Positions 1 through 8,152 of a stretch of 64,000 bases of DNA are shown piece after piece. Position 1 is the first letter of the stretch. Each line of letters opens with the position of its first letter. Origin of the DNA: Hyalangium minutum (GTDB lineage Bacteria > Myxococcota > Myxococcia > Myxococcales > Myxococcaceae); the NCBI RefSeq assembly GCF_000737315.1, contig NZ_JMCB01000003.1, positions 682,001 through 746,000 of the forward strand, given 5' to 3'. The position numbers were made by a program, and so were the translations under genes. The notes under the pieces were generated by a model that saw only the letters and a program-made list of their open reading frames with translations, ran no database searches and had not been told where the DNA came from.

Positions 1-1
1 G

Positions 2-619
2 GAGCTCGACGCGCTCCAGCTCCGCTTGGATGCCCTCCGGGCCCTGGCGGCGGACACCCTCCGTGCCCAGGAGCGCCTCGCGCACCTGCCTCCCCGGCCG
101 GAGCAGTCTCTGTCCACGCTGCTCCAGGAGCTACGAGACGCGGAGGATGAGATCGAGCGGCTCTCCGGCAAGGTGCGCCGATCCACCGCCTGGAGCGTTA
201 CCCTGCGGGGTGGCTACGACGAGCTGATCGACGTGCCCCAGGATCTGCCCCTCTTTGGAACGCTCACCGTCTCCTACAAGCTCGGAGGCCTGAGCCAGTC
301 CGCGGCCAACCAGCGGGCGCGTTCGGCCCGGCCGAAGGCCCTCGGTGAGGAGGTGGAGGGGCTGCCCCAGCGTGTGGAGCGGCTGCTCGAGCAGCTGCGC
401 GCCACCCGAAGCGCCGAACAGACCCGGCTGCGAGAGGTCACCGTGCTCATCGGAGATCTGGAAGGCCAGCTCCAGTCCATCCAGTCCCTGGAGACAAGCA
501 AGATTCGCCGCTTCCATGACTACGTCGTCCTCGAGCTGGCGCGGCTGCGGGCGGAGCAGGCCTGGCTTCGCGCTCACCTGGATGCACTCGGCACTTTTCT
601 GGGAAGGGAGACACCATGA
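2..619 (+). CDS. Hypothetical coiled-coil protein, 5'-partial
   Basis: Frame is open from base 2 (ELDALQLRLDAL...). Leu/Glu/Arg heptad-rich sequence. Stop overlaps the next ATG (ATGA at 616-619). Confidence 0.7.
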   Translation, partial: ELDALQLRLDALRALAADTLRAQERLAHLPPRPEQSLSTLLQELRDAEDEIERLSGKVRRSTAWSVTLRGGYDELIDVPQDLPLFGTLTVSYKLGGLSQSAANQRARSARPKALGEEVEGLPQRVERLLEQLRATRSAEQTRLREVTVLIGDLEGQLQSIQSLETSKIRRFHDYVVLELARLRAEQAWLRAHLDALGTFLGRETP

Positions 620-1269
620 GGTCACCACTGTTCGTCCTGGCGCTGGGGCTCATCAGCCCCGCGCCCATCGCCTGCGCGGGTGAAATGACGCCAACACACT
701 TCCAGCAAGTCTCCCTCGAGAGTTTCAAAACCACGGAGGGAGTGCTCAAGCCGGGCCAGAAGGAGGGGCAGGTTCTTGTCGACGTCCCCAAGATGCGTGC
801 GGTCGTCCCCTCCTCCTCCTCCTCAGTGGCGGAGCTGCACTTCACCTACCTGGGACCCACCAGACGCCAACTGCCTCTGGCCTCTGGAGAGAATCGCCTG
901 CAGGTGGGCCTGAAGCTGCGCGCCCAAGATGCCTGCAATCTGGCGTACGTGATGTGGCGGCTCGCCCCCGAGCCTGGCCTGGTCGTGTCCATCAAGTCCA
1001 ACCCGGGTGACCACGACAGCGACTCTTGCGGGAACCGGGGCTACACCAACTTGGAGCCTCGCCAGGCAGTGCCCGTCCCCCTCATCGTCAAGGGAGACTC
1101 CCACGTGCTCCGCGCGGAGCAGGAAGGGAAGGTGCTGCGCGTCTTCGCGGATGGCATCCTCGTCTGGGAGGGCGAGCTCCCTCGCGAGGCGCTCGCCCTC
1201 AAGGGGCCCGTGGGCCTGCGCTCGGACAACGGCCGCTTCGAGCTGGAGATGTTCGCCCTCCAGCCCTGA
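616..1269 (+). CDS. Secreted/exported hypothetical protein, probable beta-sandwich (ConA/DUF1080-like)
   Basis: Signal-peptide-like N-terminus (MRSPLFVLALGLISPAPIACA). Beta-rich body ending in GPVGLRSDN, which resembles DUF1080-type domains. Translationally coupled to the upstream gene. Confidence 0.7.
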   Translation: MRSPLFVLALGLISPAPIACAGEMTPTHFQQVSLESFKTTEGVLKPGQKEGQVLVDVPKMRAVVPSSSSSVAELHFTYLGPTRRQLPLASGENRLQVGLKLRAQDACNLAYVMWRLAPEPGLVVSIKSNPGDHDSDSCGNRGYTNLEPRQAVPVPLIVKGDSHVLRAEQEGKVLRVFADGILVWEGELPREALALKGPVGLRSDNGRFELEMFALQP

Positions 1270-1282
1270 AGCCTGCTCGAGC

Positions 1283-2908
1283 TCAGGGCTCGGGCCGAAC
1301 CCCCGGCGAGGCCGCAGCCCTGTCACGCTCCGGTTCCCGCTTGAGCTCCGCCTCGTGCGAGCACCGGGCGTCGATCGAGGCCCCGTTCAGCGGACACCGT
1401 CCGCTGTCGCGCAGATCGAACTGCCAGCGGTGCCGAGGACACACCAGGTACCGGCCATCCTCCACCCAGGCCTCGGCCAGATCCGCGCCCTGGTGCGGGC
1501 AGTAGCGCAGCACGGAGTAGCGCATATCCCCTGCCACCACCGTGGTGCGCTCGCGCCGGGACTCCGTGGCGCGGATGCCGTCGCAGAACTCGTGCAGGTC
1601 GTCGATCTCCAGCCCCACGAAGCCGTGGAGGATCGGCTCGTAGACGTCCGGGTTCCGGCTCATCCGGTGCCGCAGGGACAGCAGGAAGTCCTCCCAGTTG
1701 AGCTTGCGCTCCAGGACCCGAGCAATGTCCACCGCGTTCACCGTCATCGTGTACCGGGTCGTGTCCCGGATCGACGGGACGACCTCCACCTGCCGCAACT
1801 GGAAGTCCACCCGCAACAGCCGCGTCGGTGCCTCTCGAACCATGACGTACAGCGGCATTCCCACCCGCTTGTGCAGATCCAGCTGATCCAGCTTGCGCCG
1901 CAGCTCCACCCGCAACAGCTCGTGGATCTCCGCGACCTCGGCGCGCAGGATGTTGTGGTGCCGTGCCGTGAACACGTGCGCCTGGTCCATCGCGTACGCA
2001 CGCAGGTAGGCCTCCAGGTTCTCCTCCGTGACGCGCTCTGGCGCCGACTGGATCCACTCCAGGTGCTCCACGTCGAACACATCCCCCGGCATGGGCTCCA
2101 GGTAGCGCGTCTTGGACGCCGGCAGCCGCTGGCGCAGGTAGTCGAACAGCGCCGAGGCCCTCGGGAAGATGCTGTCCTTCTCGAAGTTGAGGTGGAACAG
2201 CTCTGGATCCAGGAAGCAGGCCGGACCCGCCGCCGCCAGGTAGCCCCGCGGCTTCACCGTGTCGAGCGCCCGCGCCACCGCCTCGAACTTGCTGTCCCGC
2301 TTCTGCCGCGAGATGGCCCGGTACGTCTCGCGCGGGTACTCGTAGCAGACGGGGTGCCAGATGGCCCCGGAGAACTGGGCCGTGAAGACGTCGATGGGCC
2401 CTTCCTCCGCCACGATGCCCGCCAGCCGATCATGCAGCTTGCAGTCGTTGAGGTTGAGGAAGCTCTGCCCATCCCCGCGCACCAGCAGGGCCGAGTCCCG
2501 GTTCGTCCCGGACTCCATCATGAAGAGCTTCAGGTACCCCCCGCCCTGCAGCGGGATCTCCTGCTGATCCGCACAGGCGATCACCCGCTCGCACCCATAG
2601 GCCTGGAACACCTCGCGCAGCTCGGCCCGCCGGAAGCGCGGGATGATGACCGTGAAGTCCCGGCGCTTGATCGTCTCGAGGAACTCTGGGTCGAAGTGAT
2701 CCTTGTGCTCGTGACTCACGTACAAGAACCGCTGCTTGGGTGACGTCTCCAGCAGCTGACGCACCCTCGGTGCCAGGTGGTGGTTTCTCGGAAACTGCAT
2801 CCAGGCCGAGTCAAAGGCGCCCTTGGGTGACAGCCATGGATCCATGACCACCAGGGCGCCAGCGGTCTCCACGATGAAGCCCGCATGGCCAATGAACGTG
2901 ATCTGCAT
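1283..2908 (-). CDS. Metallo-beta-lactamase-fold protein with C-terminal Rieske [2Fe-2S] domain (CMP-Neu5Ac hydroxylase/Rv3818-like)
   Basis: N-terminal ITFIGHAGF, DPWLS and SHEHKDH MBL motifs. C-terminal CPHQG...CPRHRWQFD Rieske motifs. Confidence 0.85.
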   Translation of the reverse strand: MQITFIGHAGFIVETAGALVVMDPWLSPKGAFDSAWMQFPRNHHLAPRVRQLLETSPKQRFLYVSHEHKDHFDPEFLETIKRRDFTVIIPRFRRAELREVFQAYGCERVIACADQQEIPLQGGGYLKLFMMESGTNRDSALLVRGDGQSFLNLNDCKLHDRLAGIVAEEGPIDVFTAQFSGAIWHPVCYEYPRETYRAISRQKRDSKFEAVARALDTVKPRGYLAAAGPACFLDPELFHLNFEKDSIFPRASALFDYLRQRLPASKTRYLEPMPGDVFDVEHLEWIQSAPERVTEENLEAYLRAYAMDQAHVFTARHHNILRAEVAEIHELLRVELRRKLDQLDLHKRVGMPLYVMVREAPTRLLRVDFQLRQVEVVPSIRDTTRYTMTVNAVDIARVLERKLNWEDFLLSLRHRMSRNPDVYEPILHGFVGLEIDDLHEFCDGIRATESRRERTTVVAGDMRYSVLRYCPHQGADLAEAWVEDGRYLVCPRHRWQFDLRDSGRCPLNGASIDARCSHEAELKREPERDRAAASPGVRPEP

Positions 2909-3159
2909 GCGTCTGTTCCCCCCGTAAGGCAGCGAACGCTGCCGCAGCGGACAAGGCTGCGCTCACGCCCGCCTCACAACCACCGGTTCCCGGGTGTGAG
3001 CGCTCGTTCAGCGCCTACCACTCGGCTTCACGTGTCCGAGGGCTCGCCTTCCCGAATTCCCCAGCGTCCGAGCGGAACACTTCGGTTTAAACGAAGGGTC
3101 AACGAAACATTTCCTATTTGCCGAATTATCCACTGGCCCTTAATTCAAGACCCAAGACC

Positions 3160-4068
3160 ATGAAGAACCAGATCAAGACCGTTGTCCTCATGGGTGCGCT
3201 CTCCGCGGTCCTCATCGGGATCGGAGGGGCACTCGGCCAGGGCTACCTCATCCTGGCCGCCGTCATCGCGCTGGCCATGAACGTGGGGGCCTACTTCTTC
3301 TCGGACCGCATGGTCCTCGCCATGCACGGCGCCAAGGAGGTGAGCCCCGCGGAGGCTCCCGAGCTCCACCGCAGGGTGGAGGAGCTGGCGCGCAACGCCC
3401 AGCTTCCCAAGCCGCGGGTCTTCATCATGGAGGATCCCCAGCCCAACGCCTTCGCGACCGGGCGCAATCCGGAGCACGGGGTCGTGGCGGTGACCACCGG
3501 CCTGATGGGCCTGCTCGATGCCCGTGAGCTGCGTGGGGTGATTGCCCACGAGCTGGCCCACATCAAGAACCGCGACATCCTGGTGTCCACCATCGCGGCC
3601 ACCATCGCCTCGGCGGTGACGTTCCTGGCCAACGCGGCCGGCTTCATCTCCGCGTTCGCGGGCGGCAACCAGGACGACGAGCAGGAGGAGGGCCTGTCGC
3701 CTGTCCAGTCGCTCGTGCTCGCACTGGTGGCCCCCATCGCCGCCACGCTCATCCAGTTGGGCATCTCGCGCTCGCGCGAGTACCTGGCGGATCGAACCGG
3801 CGCGGAGATCTGCGGCGATCCCGAGGCCCTGGCCCAGGCGCTCCAGAAGCTCGAGCAGGGCGCCCAGATGATGCCCAGCCCGGCGGCCCGGCCCGCCACG
3901 GCCAGCCTGTTCATCGTCAACCCGTTCGCCGGAGCGGGCTCCATCCTTCAGCTGTTCTCCACGCACCCGAGCATTCCGGAGCGCGTGCGCCGCCTGCGCG
4001 CCCTGGGCGCTCGCCGTGAGCAGCCTTGGGGAGAGCACCACTCTTTAGGGGGACCTCTTGGAACTTGA
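3160..4068 (+). CDS. htpX: Zinc metalloprotease HtpX (M48)
   Basis: MKNQIKT N-terminus, PNAFATGRNP, HELAH zinc motif, SRSREYLAD, STHP. Confidence 0.95.
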   Translation: MKNQIKTVVLMGALSAVLIGIGGALGQGYLILAAVIALAMNVGAYFFSDRMVLAMHGAKEVSPAEAPELHRRVEELARNAQLPKPRVFIMEDPQPNAFATGRNPEHGVVAVTTGLMGLLDARELRGVIAHELAHIKNRDILVSTIAATIASAVTFLANAAGFISAFAGGNQDDEQEEGLSPVQSLVLALVAPIAATLIQLGISRSREYLADRTGAEICGDPEALAQALQKLEQGAQMMPSPAARPATASLFIVNPFAGAGSILQLFSTHPSIPERVRRLRALGARREQPWGEHHSLGGPLGT

Positions 4069-5032
4069 ATCCGTTGGCAGCCCTGCCCTCTGGGCGGGGT
4101 TCATCCTTTTCGTCCTCGCGATGCTCGCGCTGGACCTGGGCGTCTTCCACCGCAAGGCCCACGAGGTGCGCTTCAAGGAGGCGCTGTCGTGGAGCGGCGT
4201 CTGGGTGGGGCTCGCGCTGCTGTTCAACGCGGGCATCTGGTGGAAGTTCGGCGCCGAGCCCGGTGTGCAGTTCCTCACCGGCTACCTGATCGAGAAGTCT
4301 CTCTCGATCGACAACATCTTCGTCTTCGTCATCGTCTTCTCGGCCCTGCGCATCCCCGCGCTCTACCAGCACCGGGTGCTCTTCTGGGGCATCCTCAGTG
4401 CGCTGGTCTTGCGCGCGGTGATGATCTTTGCCGGCGTGGCGATGCTCCAGCGCTTCCACTGGCTCATCTACGTCTTCGGCGCGTTCCTCATCTTCACGGG
4501 CGTCAAGCTGTTCCTCAACCGCAACCAGGAGGATCACCCGGAGAACGGCGTGGCCATGCGCTGGGCCCGCCGCACCATCCCCTCCACCAGCGAGTTCCAC
4601 GGCCACCACTTCTTCACGAAGCAGCACGGCAAGTGGCTGGCCACCCCGCTCTTCATGGCGCTGATCCTCGTGGAGGTGACCGACGTCATCTTCGCCCTGG
4701 ACTCCATCCCCGCCATCTTCGCCGTCACCCAGGATCCGTTCCTCGTCTTCACCTCGAACATCTTCGCGATCCTCGGCCTGCGCTCGCTGTTCTTCCTGGT
4801 GGCCGGCATGGTGGAGAAGTTCAGCTACCTCAAGGTCGGCCTGTCCGCGGTGCTCGTGTTCGTGGGCGCGAAGATGACGCTGGTGGACGTGGTCAAGGTG
4901 CCGGCCCTCGTCTCTCTGGCCGTCATCGCCGCGCTCATCGGCGGCTCGGTGGTGGCCTCGCTGATCAAGGCGCGCGGCCAGCCCAGCGCGAAGGAGCGCT
5001 CGCCCACCCGCGTGGCGCCTGAGGCGCCCTGA
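4058..5032 (+). CDS. TerC/Alx family integral membrane protein
   Basis: GYLIEKSLSIDNIFVF, QHRVLFWGI, DVIFALDSIPAIFAVT and FTSNIFAILGLRSL motifs. TTG start with GGGGGA RBS; overlaps htpX by 11 nt. Confidence 0.93.
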   Translation: MELESVGSPALWAGFILFVLAMLALDLGVFHRKAHEVRFKEALSWSGVWVGLALLFNAGIWWKFGAEPGVQFLTGYLIEKSLSIDNIFVFVIVFSALRIPALYQHRVLFWGILSALVLRAVMIFAGVAMLQRFHWLIYVFGAFLIFTGVKLFLNRNQEDHPENGVAMRWARRTIPSTSEFHGHHFFTKQHGKWLATPLFMALILVEVTDVIFALDSIPAIFAVTQDPFLVFTSNIFAILGLRSLFFLVAGMVEKFSYLKVGLSAVLVFVGAKMTLVDVVKVPALVSLAVIAALIGGSVVASLIKARGQPSAKERSPTRVAPEAP

Positions 5033-5038
5033 GCGGGC

Positions 5039-5368
5039 TCAGCGGGGGGTCTCGAGGAACCGGAGCCAGGACTGGACCAGCTCCTCGAACTCCCCCAGCG
5101 TCAGCTCACGCGCGCGGCCCGGGACGGCGAACTCGCTCTCGATGACCGCGCGCCCCTTCGTCAGGTTCACGTGCCAGGCCTCGCCCTCGGCCAGCCAGCA
5201 CGAGTGGCTGCCCCGGCGCAGGGCGCGGATGATGTCGAGCAGGCGGCGGCACTGGCGCGAGTCGTTGCGGACCTCCTCGGCCAGGTAGTCCGCGAGGACG
5301 TCGTCCGGTGGCTCCGCGAGGGCCGTCACCTGCCCCTCCTGGTTCCATGTAAACCGTACGTTTGGCAT
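5039..5368 (-). CDS. Small protein resembling the YacL/UPF0231 family
   Basis: LADYLAEEV...GEAWHVNL...LGEFEELVQSWLRFL pattern parallels remembered E. coli YacL. Not verified by search. Confidence 0.55.
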   Translation of the reverse strand: MPNVRFTWNQEGQVTALAEPPDDVLADYLAEEVRNDSRQCRRLLDIIRALRRGSHSCWLAEGEAWHVNLTKGRAVIESEFAVPGRARELTLGEFEELVQSWLRFLETPR

Positions 5369-5517
5369 CACTCAGCACTCTCCCCCACATTCCAGTGTCG
5401 CATGGAGATCAGTCGGTGTTGCCTGGACCGGGAGATCCCTGGAGGGCGTTTGCCGACCAGCGGATACCCCGCGCCGGGCAAATGGCGAGTACCGGGCACA
5501 GGGAGCCAGAAAAGGAA

Positions 5518-5558
5518 GAAGCCGTGAATCCTGGGATTTCTCCCGGACTCACGGCTTC
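5518..5558 (-). terminator. Intrinsic terminator downstream of tRNA-Val
   Basis: Inverted repeat GAAGCCGTGA...TCACGGCTTC, followed on the minus strand by TTCCTTTTCT. Confidence 0.75.
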
Positions 5559-5567
5559 TGTACCGAG

Positions 5568-5639
5568 TGGGCGCAGCAGGGTTTGAACCTGCGACCCCTG
5601 CCGTGTGAAGGCAGTGCTCTACCGCTGAGCTATACGCCC
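5568..5639 (-). tRNA. tRNA-Val: tRNA-Val (anticodon CAC), CCA not encoded
   Basis: Full cloverleaf: acceptor GGGCGTA/TGCGCCC, D-arm GCTC/GAGC, anticodon stem CTGCC-TTCACAC-GGCAG, T-arm GCAGG-TTCAAAC-CCTGC. Confidence 0.97.
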
Positions 5640-5693
5640 GTGGCGCTGTGCGACGCGGGGGTAAATGCCATCCGCCCCCGCAGGTGTCAAACG

Positions 5694-5984
5694 CTATTTT
5701 CCGTCCGTCTCTTCCGACAGGGTGCCGAGCTTCTCGTCCAGCTCGCGCAAGCGGCGCTTGAGGCTGGAGAGCTTCTTGCCCACCGCCTTGAAGTCGCTCT
5801 TGGGGGCGAAGTGGAAGGCGCGCATCAGCTCCTCCTGCCCCTTGTCGAGGGCCTGCTTGCCCCGCTGCACCTTCCCAAGGGCGTTGGCGACCTGCATGGC
5901 GCGCTTCTCGTCCGCCATGAGCTTCTCCATCGCCTTGGCTGTGACGCCCAGGGCCCGCTTCTTCAGCTCCTTGCCAATGCCCAT
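5694..5984 (-). CDS. Small basic amphipathic/coiled-coil hypothetical protein
   Basis: 96-aa ORF with RBS and host codon usage; last gene of the hsp70-SCP2 run. Confidence 0.75.
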   Translation of the reverse strand: MGIGKELKKRALGVTAKAMEKLMADEKRAMQVANALGKVQRGKQALDKGQEELMRAFHFAPKSDFKAVGKKLSSLKRRLRELDEKLGTLSEETDGK

Positions 5985-6006
5985 TCGAAGATGCCTCCGC
6001 GGCCCT

Positions 6007-6432
6007 TCACCTGTCGTCGATGAACTCCGTCTTCAGCGCAGCGAAGACACGGTCCGCGATGCCCTTGTACCGCATCCGCTCAATGAGCGGCTGGAGATCG
6101 CCCTTCACCGAGATGCGGCGCTTGAGCACCGCCTCCACCGGGTCCAGGGTGCCCGCCAGCAGCTCCTTCCATACGGTGTACGAGGCTCGGGCCACATAAG
6201 CGGGCTCGAACTCGTCCAGATCGTCCGGATCGTCCAGCACGCGCATCTTCTCGATGCGGCCGTTCTTGGGGACGATGTGGACGACGAAGACCCGGGCCAG
6301 CTTGCCGGGCTCGGGGTCCACCACGGCCCCGAAGTCCCCGGTCCAGCCCTGGCCGGCCATGGCGGCCTCGGGGTCCGCGTTGGTCAGCCGCACCGCCTCC
6401 TCACACCACTCCTTGGATGGGAACTTCGGCAT
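6007..6432 (-). CDS. SCP2 sterol/lipid-binding domain protein
   Basis: FPSKEW N-terminus and WKELLAGTLDPVEAVLKRRISVKGDL, typical of SCP2 domains. Confidence 0.85.
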   Translation of the reverse strand: MPKFPSKEWCEEAVRLTNADPEAAMAGQGWTGDFGAVVDPEPGKLARVFVVHIVPKNGRIEKMRVLDDPDDLDEFEPAYVARASYTVWKELLAGTLDPVEAVLKRRISVKGDLQPLIERMRYKGIADRVFAALKTEFIDDR

Positions 6433-6443
6433 CGCCTCTCCCG

Positions 6444-8060
6444 CTACCTGCTGCGGCGGAACACCTTCGAGATGCTCGAGAAGAGGCCGCCCCCCTCCTC
6501 GGACTGTTTCGTCTCGGACGGAGGCGGCTCCTTGACGAGCGCCTCTTCAATGGCCTTCTTGAGCGCCTCGGGCGTGTCTCGGGTGGCCAGATCCACCTTC
6601 TTCATGCCGTCGGCTTCCTCCACCATCACCTGCAGGAGGCACTCCTCGGTCAGCTTGAAGTCGATCTTCTTCCCGGCAAACGAGGCGGGCAGGCGCACCG
6701 TGCCCAGGTACTCGTTGTCGACGATGAGGTCGCTGTCGCCCTGGTAGATGTCCAGCTCGATGAACTGGGAGGTGGCGGGGTTCGGGCCCGGCAGCCGGAA
6801 GCTCTTCACCAGGGGAATGAGCGTGTTCTTGTCGATGATGCGCTTGACGCGGTTGTTGGGCAGCCCGTAGCCAATGGGCATGGACACCGCGTCCAGCAGC
6901 GTCACCGAGTCGATGCTGCCCAGCGAGTCCGCCAGCAGCGCCGCGCCCAGGGCCACGCACTCGTCCGGGTGGACGCCCTTGCGCGGCGGCTTGCCGAAGT
7001 GCTCCTGGATCTTCTGCTGCACCAGCGGCATGCGGCTCTGGCCACCCACGAGGATGATCTCGTCGATGTCCGAGCGCTTGATGCCCTTCTCCGCGAGCAC
7101 CTCGTCACAGAGCTTGAAGGTCCGGTCCACCAGGTCGCCCGTGAGCCCGTTGAGAATGTCGCGGGTGAGCGGGATGCGCAGGTCCAGCGGCTTGCCCTTG
7201 CGCTCCTCGATGAACGGCAGATCGATGACCACGTTGAGGCGCAGGGTGAGATCGATCTTCGCGGCCTCGGCAGCGTTCTTGATGCGCTGCATGGCGATGG
7301 GGCTCTTCGACAGATCGATCTTGTGCTCCTCGAGGAACTTCTCCAGCACGTAGTCGATGACGCGGTTGTCGAAGTCCACGCCGCCCAAGAAGGTGTCGCC
7401 GCCGGTGGCCAGCACCTCGTAGACATTGCCGGTGAGCTGGAGCACGGACACGTCGAAGGTGCCGCCACCCAGGTCGTACACGAGGATCTTCTGATCCAGG
7501 CCCCGGTTGAAGCCGTAGGCCAGCGCGGCCGCGGTGGGCTCGTTGACGATGCGCTTCACGTCGAAGCCCGCCAGCTTGCCGGCTTCCTTCACGGCGTTGC
7601 GCTGGTTGTCGTTGTAGTAGGCGGGGACGGAGATGACGGCTTCCTGGATAGGCCCGCCGAGGAACTGCTCGGCGATGGTCTTCACCTGACTCAGAATCAG
7701 GCTGGCCACGTGCTCCAGGCTGTACGTCTTGCCGCCCAGCATCACCGCCGCGTCCCCCTCCGGGCCCTCGACGATGTCGTAGTTGAAGTAGCTCTTGAGC
7801 TCCTCGACCACCTTGGAGTGGTACTTGCGGCCGATGAGGCGCTTGGTGCCGTAGAGCGTGTTCTTGGGGTTGGTGACCATCTGATCCTTGGCCACGCCGC
7901 CGACCAGCATGTCCCCCTTCTGCGACAGCGCGACCACGGACGGCAGGATCAGGTTGCCGCGGTCGGTGGGGACGATCTTCGGGATGCGGTTGCGCACGGA
8001 GGCCACGAGCGTGTTCGTCGTGCCCAGGTCAATCCCGATGATGCGAGGTTTGTCCGCCAT
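6444..8060 (-). CDS. Hsp70 (DnaK-family) paralogue with shortened, divergent substrate-binding domain
   Basis: IIGIDLGTTN, SVPAYYNDNQR, NEPTAAALAYG and DLGGGTFDVS motifs. 538 aa, with no recognisable full helical lid. Confidence 0.92.
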   Translation of the reverse strand: MADKPRIIGIDLGTTNTLVASVRNRIPKIVPTDRGNLILPSVVALSQKGDMLVGGVAKDQMVTNPKNTLYGTKRLIGRKYHSKVVEELKSYFNYDIVEGPEGDAAVMLGGKTYSLEHVASLILSQVKTIAEQFLGGPIQEAVISVPAYYNDNQRNAVKEAGKLAGFDVKRIVNEPTAAALAYGFNRGLDQKILVYDLGGGTFDVSVLQLTGNVYEVLATGGDTFLGGVDFDNRVIDYVLEKFLEEHKIDLSKSPIAMQRIKNAAEAAKIDLTLRLNVVIDLPFIEERKGKPLDLRIPLTRDILNGLTGDLVDRTFKLCDEVLAEKGIKRSDIDEIILVGGQSRMPLVQQKIQEHFGKPPRKGVHPDECVALGAALLADSLGSIDSVTLLDAVSMPIGYGLPNNRVKRIIDKNTLIPLVKSFRLPGPNPATSQFIELDIYQGDSDLIVDNEYLGTVRLPASFAGKKIDFKLTEECLLQVMVEEADGMKKVDLATRDTPEALKKAIEEALVKEPPPSETKQSEEGGGLFSSISKVFRRSR

Positions 8061-8152
8061 GGAAATCGAGAGGCGCTGGCCAGGGTAGAGGCAGCGCCTT
8101 CTTCTTCTGTACCACGACAGAACGCGGCATGCCTGTTTCTGGCCGCCACCCC

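Noticed and set aside
2909-3159. yybP-ykoY Mn riboswitch upstream of the terC operon
   Set aside because: I could not find the conserved GGGGAGUA/L1-L3 elements. It needs an Infernal search.
5568-5639. tRNA-Val as an island integration site
   Set aside because: There is no integrase and no duplicated 3' end of this tRNA in the window.
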